NCBI GenBank assembly: GCA_013138975.1
Contig: WTBR01000065.1
Span: 43,750-107,749, forward strand
Length of the DNA: 64,000 nt
Source of the DNA: Bacteroidales bacterium
Lineage (GTDB): Bacteria; Bacteroidota; Bacteroidia; Bacteroidales; UBA12077
Reading direction: 5' to 3'
Of this stretch, positions 51,201-59,798 are shown one piece after another. Each line of letters begins with the position of its first letter. Position 1 is the first letter of the stretch. The notes under the pieces are model-generated. The model did no database searches. It saw only the letters and a program-made list of their open reading frames with translations, and was not told where the DNA came from. The translations under genes were made by a program, and so were the position numbers.

Positions 51201-54200
51201 CATCTTTTATTTTAGTAAGCTTCACGTTAAACTTAACCTGATCATGTATCTTTTGAACTGGTTGTTCATCTATTATTTCAAAACTAGTTCTGAAACTTTC
51301 ATGACGTTCTATAAGCCTATCTATAACTTGAGTTATTTTTTCCTTATTTATTTCTTGCGATAACTCAATAACACCCGGTAAATTATAAGCAATACTATCT
51401 TTGTTTAATTGTTGAAGAAAATATATCCTTTTTTGAGCTGAAGATAAGTTATAATATGATTTCTCAGGAGCTTTTGAAATAGTTAAGAAACTTTCCTTAG
51501 ACGAAGATTGTATCCTATCTGATAATTTTTTTATTGTTTGATATTGGAATACTTCAATTAATCTTAATTTTACTTCAAATTTTTTATGAATTTTCGATAT
51601 TAATAAAGTCGCTCTTAAAGAGTGTCCTCCTAAAGTAAAGAAGTTATCTTCTATTCCAATTTGATTTGCATCAATGTTTAGTATTTCTGACCAAATTTCC
51701 GTTAAGCATTTTTCAAGCTCATTTGTTGGAGGAGCATAGTCTTCTCCCGCTTCAATTTTTGGAACTGGTAATGCCTTTCTATTTATTTTTCCATTTGGTG
51801 TTAGCGGAATAAAATCCAATTCTATGAAAAATAAAGGGATCATATAGTCAGGTAGAGTTTTTGACAGGTGATCTCTAATTGACTTTATAAGTTCTTGTTT
51901 TCTTAAACCAGCAACAAAATAAGCACAAATAAATTTTTCTCCCTTATCATCTTCGCGATCTATAACAACTACTTGTTTTACTTGTTTTAGTTCAAGAATA
52001 CAGTTTTCAATTTCATTAAGTTCGATTCTAAAACCTCTAATTTTAACTTGATGATCTATACGTCTTAGAAATTCAATATTTCCACTTTTATGGTGTCGTA
52101 CCATATCACCGGTTTTAAATATTTTTGAATCAGACAACTTATTTTCTACAAATTTCTCATGAGTAAGTTCCGGCTGGTTTAAATATCCTCTTGACAAACC
52201 ATCACCTGAAACACATAATTCCCCGGATATGCCCATTGGAACAGGGGTTCCTTGATCATCTAAAATAAAAGTTTTTAGATTAGATAATGGTTTCCCAATA
52301 AACATTGGTAAACCGTTATTTACATAAATCTTATTACTGCTACTATTTTCTTTTAATAATAACTCTTTTATTTTTTCGAGTTCTATGGTTGAATTGTTTT
52401 CATCAAAAAGTTCATTTGCTATTTCCATTTGATTTTCCAGAACCCTAAATATATCCTGATATGTTGTTAATGGATTCGACAAAACTACTCTAAGTACTAC
52501 AACATCTATTTCTTTTGCGTATTTTGTATGGGTAAGTGTTGTTTTTGAAACAAAAGTTTCACCTTTGTAAAATTGATGATTTTGTAATTTTAAATTTACT
52601 TCATTAATTTCATTCTGATATTTATTTAAATCATTTTTATTAGCAATCATATCCCTGAATTTTTCAGGAATATATCGATAACAAACAATGTTTAACTGAG
52701 GTTTCATAATGAGTTCAAAGCAATCCAAAGTTTCTATTAGCTTAGATAAAAATACAGATGAATTAATTCCTTGCTCAATTAAGGATGCATATCCCTTTTT
52801 TCCAATAAGATGAAGAGAAGCATGCAAACTCATAGAAATTGCTGATCTTGAACCTTCAATTGTAAATCGCCCTGTATCAAATGAATTATTAGTAGCTTGA
52901 TAATTAGCAGTAACAGAACCGTACTGCAATAATTTCGGGTCTTTAAATAAACAAACACTTATGCCTTGTGGCAAATAAAGTTGTTTATGACCACAGAATG
53001 TAATTGAATCTGAAAGCTCTATACCATTTAATCTGTTGGCAAATTTCTCTGAAAACATAGTTGCTCCACCCCAAGCGGCATCCACATGAAAATGGATATT
53101 AAACTCTTTGGCAAGCTCTCCCATTTCCACTAATGGATCTATTTCTCCTGTTTCTGTTGTACCTGCTATTGCAACTATTGCAATAATTAACTTCTTACTT
53201 TTATTGCATTCAATAATAATAGATCTAAGGTTATCAATATCTAACTTCCCATCTTTATTGTAATCAGCATAAATAATATTATCGGTTCCCATTCCAAGAA
53301 TCGACGCTGATTTCTTTATGGAATAATGCATTAACCTTGATCCAATAATTACCATATCATCATAGCCATGTTTCTCTAATGCTTTATAAATACTGTGTTG
53401 CATTACAGTATTATTTTCATCTAATGCAAGCAATTTTTTATTTCTTGCTGCAAGCATTGCGGAAATGTTGGATGTAGTACCCCCGGTTGAAACTATTCCC
53501 AAGTTTGTATTAACTGTTTGTATATATTCAGAATAAAATTCATCATTAAATGAATAAAATAAACGATGAAGTATAGCAAGTGCCTCCCTTTCAACAAATG
53601 TTAAGGATTTTGAAGTTTCTATTTTTACCAAATTTTGATTTAGTTGGGAAATCAGTTTACTAAAATCATTTACAAAATCGGGTAATGCAGAGGTCATATG
53701 ACCTATATTCTGTGGCGCTGCTGAATTAATAACAAATGGTAATATGTCTTTATAAAGGATCTTGTTATATTCATCTAAGGATATTGGATAATCTGGGGCT
53801 GTACTTTTCTTAAACCTATTTGCTATTGAATCCAAACTAACATTTGGCATTGTAATAGCTCCAGGTTTTAAAATATCTATGGCTGGATTTATATGAATAT
53901 TCTTAAAATATTTATGAACATCCTCAATATAAAACCTTGTTACTTCGTGATATGTTGCATCTGCACTAACTTCAGATGAACCATAAACATTTATTAGTTT
54001 TGAATTTGTAAATTCTTTATAAAACTCTTCTGCTAAATCTAAATTTAAAGCTTCGCCACTACAAAATACATATTTTAAACTTTTTAAGATCTCCCTATTC
54101 TGCTTTATTGAAATAATTGTCTTTAAGAAAGAAGGAACTAATACAGTTCTAGTAATCTTATATTTATCTAATAAATCGATAAATATTTCGATGTCTTTTG

Positions 54201-57200
54201 TGTTTTCTTCGGAGAATATATAGAGTGGATCTTTATTAAGTAGTGATGAAAATATTTCTGCCACATGATCAACAAAACTTACTGACGTTTTTTGACAAGA
54301 TCTTTCTCCATCTCCAATTGGATAAGTATTCCACAACCAGTATAGCCTGTTGATAATACCTTTACTTTTCCCCATCACTCCTTTTGGGTTACCTGTAGAT
54401 CCTGATGTATAAATTATATATGTTATGTCATCCGGTAATATTTTAATTTTTAAATTATTTACTGTTTCCTTTTTTATCTCTTTGTCATGATTCTCTGGAC
54501 AAATCACATTAGCTTTTATATTAGAAAACAGCGATTTATAAATATCCTTGGTTATTAATATTTCTGCATTGCTTTCTTTTAGCATAAAATTTAACCGATC
54601 GGATGGGTAGTTCGGATCTAAAGGAATATAAATGCCTCCGGTTTTAATAATTGCTAACATTCCAACGATCATGTCAATGGAACGTTTTTCGCAAATTGCT
54701 ATTAATGTTTGAGGTTTTACACCATTTCTAACCAAATAACCGGCCATTTGATTTGCCCTTTTGTTCAACTCAAAATTTGTAATTTGATTATCGCCTTCAA
54801 TTAAAGCAATTCGGTCTCCATTTATCTTTACTTGTTCTTCAAATAATTGTTTTATACTTTTTTCTACTGGATACTCCATTTTAGTATCATTAAAATCAAA
54901 TAGTATTTTCTTTCTTTCATCTAATGATAATAGATCAATTTCCAATATCTTATTGCTCTTTTTAGATGATAACTGCTGAACTATTTGTCTAAAGTATCTT
55001 ATGTATTGCTCTATTGTTTGAGGTTTAAATAATTTTGTGCAATACTCAAACCCTAATAGAATTTGATCACCATAATCAAATGCTGTTAGGGTAAGATCAA
55101 ATTTCGAAATACCATTTTTATGGTTAAATTCTTCGTAATCTAACGCTGAAAGGTCTCCTGAAAACTCTTTCATATTAAACATATTGAACATTACATCAAA
55201 TACCGGATTACGACTTGTATCTCTTTCTACAGATAACTTCTCAACTAAATCTTCGAATTGATATTCCTGATTATCAAAAGATAATAAAGTATTCTGCTTA
55301 ACCTCTTGCAGGAACTCCTTAACGGTTTTAAAAGATGAAGGATAATTTCTTAATGGCAAAGTATTAATGAACATACCTACAATTCCTTCTAAATCCGAAT
55401 GAAGACGAGAAGCTATAGGAGTGCCAATAACAATATCATCCTGACCACTTAATTTTGATAATAAAATATTATATATAGATAAAAGAGCCATAAAAAGGGT
55501 GGAATCACCTTCCTTTGCAATGCTTCTAACCATTTTTGTCTCCTCTTTACTCAATACAAATGATGCAAATGCTCCCTTTGTACTTTGAATTGGAGGTCTT
55601 GAATAGTCAGTTGGTAAATTTAAAATAGGGAGTTCATCTGAAAATTGATTAATCCAAAAATGTTCTTTTTCTTTTATACTATTTTGCTGATCTTCACTAT
55701 TTTGCCATTCACAGAAATCTTTGTATTGTAAAGTCAAAGGTTCAAGTTCTTCTCCTTCCATTAATTTCAAGAAATCTTGTTTTAGTATTTCGTTTGATGT
55801 TCCATCACTTATTATATGATGAAGATCAAACATTAAAACGGGATTACTATTTTCTATATTTACAATCTCAACTCTTAATAATGGTGCTTTACCCAGATCA
55901 AAAGGGCGCACAAAGCTTTCTCTTTGTGCTTGCAATTCAGACTCCACAATTGTACTCTCTTGTATTTCAAAAAATACATCTTTTTGTATTTGTTGGATAG
56001 GCACGTCATTTATTATCATAAAACATGTTTGAAAGCTTTCATGTCTTAGCACCAAGGTTTTAAATGCTGTCGCTACTTCCTCTTTCTTAAAATTCTGATT
56101 TAAATTAATAATTCCCGGCATATTATAAGAGATACTTTCGGGGTTCAACAACTGCAAAAAATACATTGATTTTTGTGCAGATGATAAATTATAGTATTCT
56201 TTTATTTTTGCTTTAGGAATTGAATTAAATTCCTTTTTATTACTAGTTTGAACCCTTTTTGCTTGATCTTTAATTGTTGAAAGCAAAAACATATCTCTCA
56301 AAATAAACTCAACTCCGAATTCCTTATGTATTTTCCCTGCTAAAATAGAAGCTTTAAGCGAATGCCCTCCAATATTAAAGAAGTTTGCGTTTATACTTAT
56401 TTCTGATGAAGAGATGTTTAAAACCTTAGCCCAAATAGTTGTTAATTTTTTTTCAATATCATTTGAGGGAGCAATATATTGATCGCCAGCGTTTATTTTT
56501 GGTATAGGTAATTTCTTTCTATCTATCTTCCCATTTGCTGTTAGTGGTATTGCATCTACATTTATAAAAAAAGAAGGTATCATATATTCGGGCAAGTGAA
56601 ACATTAAAGTTTCTTTTATTGACTCTATTATTTCATTCTCTCCATTTATAACAAGGTATGCACACAGGTATTTCTCTTTATTAGTATCTTCTCTTACAAT
56701 AACTACGCATTCTTTTACTTCATTATTTTTTAATATACTGTTTTCAATTTCTCCAATTTCAATCCTATATCCCCTAATTTTAACTTGATTATCAATTCTT
56801 CCGATAAACTCTAACTCCCCATTGGATAACCATCGAGCCAAATCACCTGTTTTGTATAAAGTCTCTCCCTCTATAAACGGGTCGCTTATAAATTTCTCAT
56901 GAGTTAGTTGATCATTTGCAAAATAGCCTTTCCCAACTCCATCTCCGGATATACACAGTTCGCCTGCAATACCTATAGCTTGCATTTTATTATCTTCATT
57001 TAAAATATAGATATTTGTGTTTCCAATCGGTTTTCCAATATTCAAAACATCTTTATTATCTAATTTTTTTATAGCTGACCAAATTGTTGTTTCAGTTGGC
57101 CCATACATATTATATAATAATCCAGGGAAAAACTCTTTAACTGTTTGATATAAACCAAAAGGAAATTCTTCTCCTCCAACTAAAAGTTTACCAATCTTTG

Positions 57201-59502
57201 CTAAATCTTTTCTTCCTTCTGCTTCTTCAATAATTAATTTTAACCTCGAAGGTGTTAGTTGTAATATATTTACTTTATGTTTTTCAATTAATTTAGAAAT
57301 TAATCTCGGTTCTGTTTGTTCTTCATTATTCCCTAGCACCATTTTAGCACCACTTAACAATGGTACAAACAGTTCCAGTCCAAAAATATCGAAAGCGACT
57401 GTGGTTAATGATAGTAATGTGTCAGTTTGTTTTGTTTGTATTAGTTCGAACATTGAAAATACAAAATTCACAACATTCTGATTATCTATCATTACCCCTT
57501 TTGGTTCTCCTGTTGATCCTGACGTGTATATTACATATGCAAGGTTTTCTTTGTTAGTTTTTATGGATTCAAATACTGTTTCTTCAAAATTTATATCCTT
57601 TAAAATATCAATTTGTGTTGCTTTAATATTTTCACTTCTTTTATTATTTACTAACACATATTCTATTTCACTTTTCTCAATAATTAACTGGTTTCTTTCT
57701 TCAGGATATAAAGGATCCATTGGTAAATATGCTGCTCCGGCTTTCAAGATTCCCAATATCCCTATTATCATTTCAATACTTCTATCGATCATTAAACCAA
57801 TCAATTGTCCTGACTCCACTCCTCTTTTAGTCAACTCTATAGCTACACTATTTGATAGTTCATCTAACTCCAAAAATGTTTTACTTTCATTATTAAAAAT
57901 TAATGCTGTTGCTACCGGAAGTTTTATTACATTTTCTTTAAAAAGCTGAATTATGGTTTTATCCTTAGGGTAGTTGGTTTTAGTTTTATTAAACTCAAAT
58001 AAAATATGGTTTTTTTCTTCCTTCGTGATAATTGATAAATCTGAAAGTTTTCTATCAAAATCACCATTTAAGTTTTGTACAATAATTTTAAAATATGCAA
58101 TAAATCTTTCTATAGTTTTAGGGCTAAACAATTTTGTACAATACTCAAAGTTCAATAATATCTGATCTCCACAATCTACGGCTATAAGATGTAAATCTAA
58201 TTTGGCTACATGTTCTGTATGTATAAATTCTCTTTCCAACTTAGATAAATCTTCTTTATGATCGCTTATATTATTTAAATTAAATGAAACATCAAATATT
58301 GGATTTCTGCTTGTATCTCTGTAATGGATTACTTTCTCTACTAAATCTTCAAATTGGAAGTCTTGATTTTCAAATGCTTGTAATGCTGCAGATTTAACTT
58401 CATCAAAGAATTCTAATAATGTTTTTTCCTTATTAGGAAAACTCCTGAATGGCAAGGTATTTATAAATACACCAACAATCTCATCTAAATCAGAATGTCT
58501 CCTACCTGCAAGCGGTACTCCGACAATGATATCATTTTGCCCACTTATTTTTGACAGTAATATTTTAAACGCCGACAATAGCGCCATAAATAAAGTAACA
58601 TCATACTTTGAGACTATTTTTCTCAAAATATTCGTTTCATCAACAGTTAAAGCAATCTTTACAGAAGCTCCTTCTGTTGATTGATACACCGAACGTGGAT
58701 AATCAGTTGGTAAATCAAGAATTGGTAATTCATCTGAGAATCTATTTACCCAATATTTCTTTTGACTTTTTATATTATCTTGTTGTTCTTTACTATTTTG
58801 CCATTCTGAAAAATCTTTGTATTGTAATTTTAATGGTATTAGTTCTTTCCCTTTTATTAAATCAAAAAAATCATGTGTTAATATCTTAAAAGAAGTTCCA
58901 TCGCTAATAATGTGGTGCATATCAAGCATTAAAACAGACTCATCTTCCTTTCTAACCAACTGAACTCTAAACAAGGGTGCCTCACTAAAAATGAATGGCT
59001 TAACAAATTGCTTCAATACAATTTCTAAATCATTTTCAGCAATTTCTTTTTCATGTATTTTAAATGTAACTTTTTCATGTACTTGTTGCACCGGGTGATC
59101 ATCAATAATTTTAAAGCTTGTACGAAAATTTTCATGTCGGTCAATCAGTTTTTCGAAAGCATCCCTTAATCTGTCGATATCCTCATTTCTTGATAAAGGA
59201 ATCAAATGTTGCACATTATATACCATACTTTCCGGATTCATCTGTTGAAGGAGAAACATTCGTTTCTGGGCGGATGATAATGGATAATATTCTTTATAAT
59301 CTGCTTTTGTTATTGTTATAAACTTATCTTTATTATCAATTCCTGATAAGTATTTTAATAGTTCGCTCTTATTCTGTTTAATTTCCTCAATAATATCTTT
59401 TGGAATTTTTCCTTGGGATGATTGAATTTTGAGCTTATTATTATCTACTATTACCTTAATATTTAGTTTATAAAGTTTTGACAATAAATCTTTTATTTTC
59501 AT
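48277..59502 (-). CDS. NRPS, 3741 aa: docking-C-A(Gly-like)-T-C-A(interrupted by a PLP decarboxylase domain; beta-Ala-like code)-T-C-A(Asn-like)-T
   Basis: Three HHIISDG C domains (aa 196-202, 1228-1234, 2808-2814). Three A domains with cores at aa ~659-668, 1698-1708 and 3279-3288. Three GGHSL carriers (Ser1048, 2628, 3672). It is a single uninterrupted ORF. Confidence 0.97.
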   Translation of the reverse strand: MKIKDLLSKLYKLNIKVIVDNNKLKIQSSQGKIPKDIIEEIKQNKSELLKYLSGIDNKDKFITITKADYKEYYPLSSAQKRMFLLQQMNPESMVYNVQHLIPLSRNEDIDRLRDAFEKLIDRHENFRTSFKIIDDHPVQQVHEKVTFKIHEKEIAENDLEIVLKQFVKPFIFSEAPLFRVQLVRKEDESVLMLDMHHIISDGTSFKILTHDFFDLIKGKELIPLKLQYKDFSEWQNSKEQQDNIKSQKKYWVNRFSDELPILDLPTDYPRSVYQSTEGASVKIALTVDETNILRKIVSKYDVTLFMALLSAFKILLSKISGQNDIIVGVPLAGRRHSDLDEIVGVFINTLPFRSFPNKEKTLLEFFDEVKSAALQAFENQDFQFEDLVEKVIHYRDTSRNPIFDVSFNLNNISDHKEDLSKLEREFIHTEHVAKLDLHLIAVDCGDQILLNFEYCTKLFSPKTIERFIAYFKIIVQNLNGDFDRKLSDLSIITKEEKNHILFEFNKTKTNYPKDKTIIQLFKENVIKLPVATALIFNNESKTFLELDELSNSVAIELTKRGVESGQLIGLMIDRSIEMIIGILGILKAGAAYLPMDPLYPEERNQLIIEKSEIEYVLVNNKRSENIKATQIDILKDINFEETVFESIKTNKENLAYVIYTSGSTGEPKGVMIDNQNVVNFVFSMFELIQTKQTDTLLSLTTVAFDIFGLELFVPLLSGAKMVLGNNEEQTEPRLISKLIEKHKVNILQLTPSRLKLIIEEAEGRKDLAKIGKLLVGGEEFPFGLYQTVKEFFPGLLYNMYGPTETTIWSAIKKLDNKDVLNIGKPIGNTNIYILNEDNKMQAIGIAGELCISGDGVGKGYFANDQLTHEKFISDPFIEGETLYKTGDLARWLSNGELEFIGRIDNQVKIRGYRIEIGEIENSILKNNEVKECVVIVREDTNKEKYLCAYLVINGENEIIESIKETLMFHLPEYMIPSFFINVDAIPLTANGKIDRKKLPIPKINAGDQYIAPSNDIEKKLTTIWAKVLNISSSEISINANFFNIGGHSLKASILAGKIHKEFGVEFILRDMFLLSTIKDQAKRVQTSNKKEFNSIPKAKIKEYYNLSSAQKSMYFLQLLNPESISYNMPGIINLNQNFKKEEVATAFKTLVLRHESFQTCFMIINDVPIQQIQKDVFFEIQESTIVESELQAQRESFVRPFDLGKAPLLRVEIVNIENSNPVLMFDLHHIISDGTSNEILKQDFLKLMEGEELEPLTLQYKDFCEWQNSEDQQNSIKEKEHFWINQFSDELPILNLPTDYSRPPIQSTKGAFASFVLSKEETKMVRSIAKEGDSTLFMALLSIYNILLSKLSGQDDIVIGTPIASRLHSDLEGIVGMFINTLPLRNYPSSFKTVKEFLQEVKQNTLLSFDNQEYQFEDLVEKLSVERDTSRNPVFDVMFNMFNMKEFSGDLSALDYEEFNHKNGISKFDLTLTAFDYGDQILLGFEYCTKLFKPQTIEQYIRYFRQIVQQLSSKKSNKILEIDLLSLDERKKILFDFNDTKMEYPVEKSIKQLFEEQVKINGDRIALIEGDNQITNFELNKRANQMAGYLVRNGVKPQTLIAICEKRSIDMIVGMLAIIKTGGIYIPLDPNYPSDRLNFMLKESNAEILITKDIYKSLFSNIKANVICPENHDKEIKKETVNNLKIKILPDDITYIIYTSGSTGNPKGVMGKSKGIINRLYWLWNTYPIGDGERSCQKTSVSFVDHVAEIFSSLLNKDPLYIFSEENTKDIEIFIDLLDKYKITRTVLVPSFLKTIISIKQNREILKSLKYVFCSGEALNLDLAEEFYKEFTNSKLINVYGSSEVSADATYHEVTRFYIEDVHKYFKNIHINPAIDILKPGAITMPNVSLDSIANRFKKSTAPDYPISLDEYNKILYKDILPFVINSAAPQNIGHMTSALPDFVNDFSKLISQLNQNLVKIETSKSLTFVEREALAILHRLFYSFNDEFYSEYIQTVNTNLGIVSTGGTTSNISAMLAARNKKLLALDENNTVMQHSIYKALEKHGYDDMVIIGSRLMHYSIKKSASILGMGTDNIIYADYNKDGKLDIDNLRSIIIECNKSKKLIIAIVAIAGTTETGEIDPLVEMGELAKEFNIHFHVDAAWGGATMFSEKFANRLNGIELSDSITFCGHKQLYLPQGISVCLFKDPKLLQYGSVTANYQATNNSFDTGRFTIEGSRSAISMSLHASLHLIGKKGYASLIEQGINSSVFLSKLIETLDCFELIMKPQLNIVCYRYIPEKFRDMIANKNDLNKYQNEINEVNLKLQNHQFYKGETFVSKTTLTHTKYAKEIDVVVLRVVLSNPLTTYQDIFRVLENQMEIANELFDENNSTIELEKIKELLLKENSSSNKIYVNNGLPMFIGKPLSNLKTFILDDQGTPVPMGISGELCVSGDGLSRGYLNQPELTHEKFVENKLSDSKIFKTGDMVRHHKSGNIEFLRRIDHQVKIRGFRIELNEIENCILELKQVKQVVVIDREDDKGEKFICAYFVAGLRKQELIKSIRDHLSKTLPDYMIPLFFIELDFIPLTPNGKINRKALPVPKIEAGEDYAPPTNELEKCLTEIWSEILNIDANQIGIEDNFFTLGGHSLRATLLISKIHKKFEVKLRLIEVFQYQTIKKLSDRIQSSSKESFLTISKAPEKSYYNLSSAQKRIYFLQQLNKDSIAYNLPGVIELSQEINKEKITQVIDRLIERHESFRTSFEIIDEQPVQKIHDQVKFNVKLTKIKDEEIGNARKGFVKVFDLSKAPLLRVEMFETEGGRNFLLYDMHHIISDGVSHVILKKEFSQLSQGIELPSIPLQYKDFSEWQNSETQKENIKAQESFWVEKYSGEIPKLELPYDYNRPSLQSHSGASVYYVLTQKETSAIKSIAKENDATLFMVLLAVFNIMLSKLSGSKDIIIGTPVASRRHSDLEGIIGMFVNTLALRNELKKNERLSDFIINVKNNALEAFDNQECQFEDLIDKLSLERDISRNPLFDVMFNLLNHDEFAGELKSITNEHFTGTSKFDLNLTAFDFGDQLLMNLEYCTKLFKSETIDRFIIYFKSIVKQLCANSDIKISEFDILVKQEKQETLIDFNKTVESYPKDKTIIELIENQASITPLAKALIFGEESMNYQDLMKKVNSLAVQFIQKGIGSNDVVAILISRSEKTIITLLAVLKAGGAYLPIDLNLPLERKKYIIENSNSKLVVLDSNISDYDREQLFLNIDIEKIIKIEEIWNLNEDQNNININYDSGCLAYIIYTSGTTGKPKGVMIENRSLVNYIWWAKKVYVGNETVNFPFYTSVSFDLTVTSIFTPLISGNAVVVYSDIPNEILLNKVLNDNKSGVIKLTPSHLKLIRDDSSIIPSDVSNVKRFIVGGEQLETKLANEILDKYRGKIEIFNEYGPTEATVGCMTYQYKKSESLNKAVPIGIPAANSRIYLLDEDCNPVPKGVCGELYIGGDSLARGYIGNQDLTDEKFVENSILNEKKLYKTGDLAKFLCDGNLEFIDRIDEQIKIRGYRVELKEIENCLLKHPDIKECVTIALDKEGEKSICSYIVLYNKKLNTDQIKDYLFRELPAYMIPAYFVELESIPLTGNGKVDKKDLPWPEVKVGDDYEAPTNKIEEKFVEVWSEVLGIEKEKIGIDANFFELGGHSLFMIKVVQKITNSTGYKLNIMDLFRNTSIRKLANYIEGVSDFDVSKNNRTEEINKGKESMKILLKKTRR
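52309..53940 (-). other. Group II PLP-dependent amino-acid decarboxylase-like domain nested in the second A domain (aa ~1855-2398)
   Basis: Motifs are STGGTTSNISAMLAARN (aa 2005-2021), HVDAAWGG (nt 53065..53088) and SITFCGHK (Lys2173 codon at nt 52984..52986). It is flanked by A5 (NVYGSSE, nt ~53971..53991) and by IGKP / A6 GELCVSGD (nt 52201..52224). Confidence 0.8.
59338..59502 (-). other. TubC-N-like N-terminal docking domain (3741-aa NRPS)
   Basis: IKDLLSKLYKLNIKVIVDNNKLKIQSSQGKIPKDIIEEIKQNKSELLKYL shows the same pattern as the N-terminus of the 2365-aa NRPS. Confidence 0.65.
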
Positions 59503-59798
59503 AATGATTTCTTATGATAAGATGATAAAGAATATATTATTTAATATCCGCAAGTATATTTTCATTCATTTAGATATTAAGTAATTAGCCGTACCTCGAT
59601 TAACTACTATAGATGACATGAAACTATAACCAACTTGCTGATTATTAATAAATCCGTGCCACGCTTTGCGGATTTAAGATATTAATTTAAATATTTATTT
59701 TATATTGAATTCCCTATGCTAAACAGAGTTAATCAATATGAAATTTGATGATACAGTGTTTTTAAGAATAGAGGAAACTTACTTCAACAATAGTCTAT

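Noticed and set aside
52309-53940. Alternative identities for the A-domain insert: methyltransferase, ketoreductase, a class III aminotransferase (as in the MycA AMT domain) or an AONS-like domain (as in SxtA)
   Set aside because: The insert has no SAM-binding (VLE/DxGxGxG) or Rossmann NAD(P) motif. The combination TGGT.SN...AR, HVDAAWGG and S-x6-HK is characteristic of group II decarboxylases rather than of aminotransferase class III or AONS, as far as can be judged without an HMM search. It remains to be confirmed computationally.
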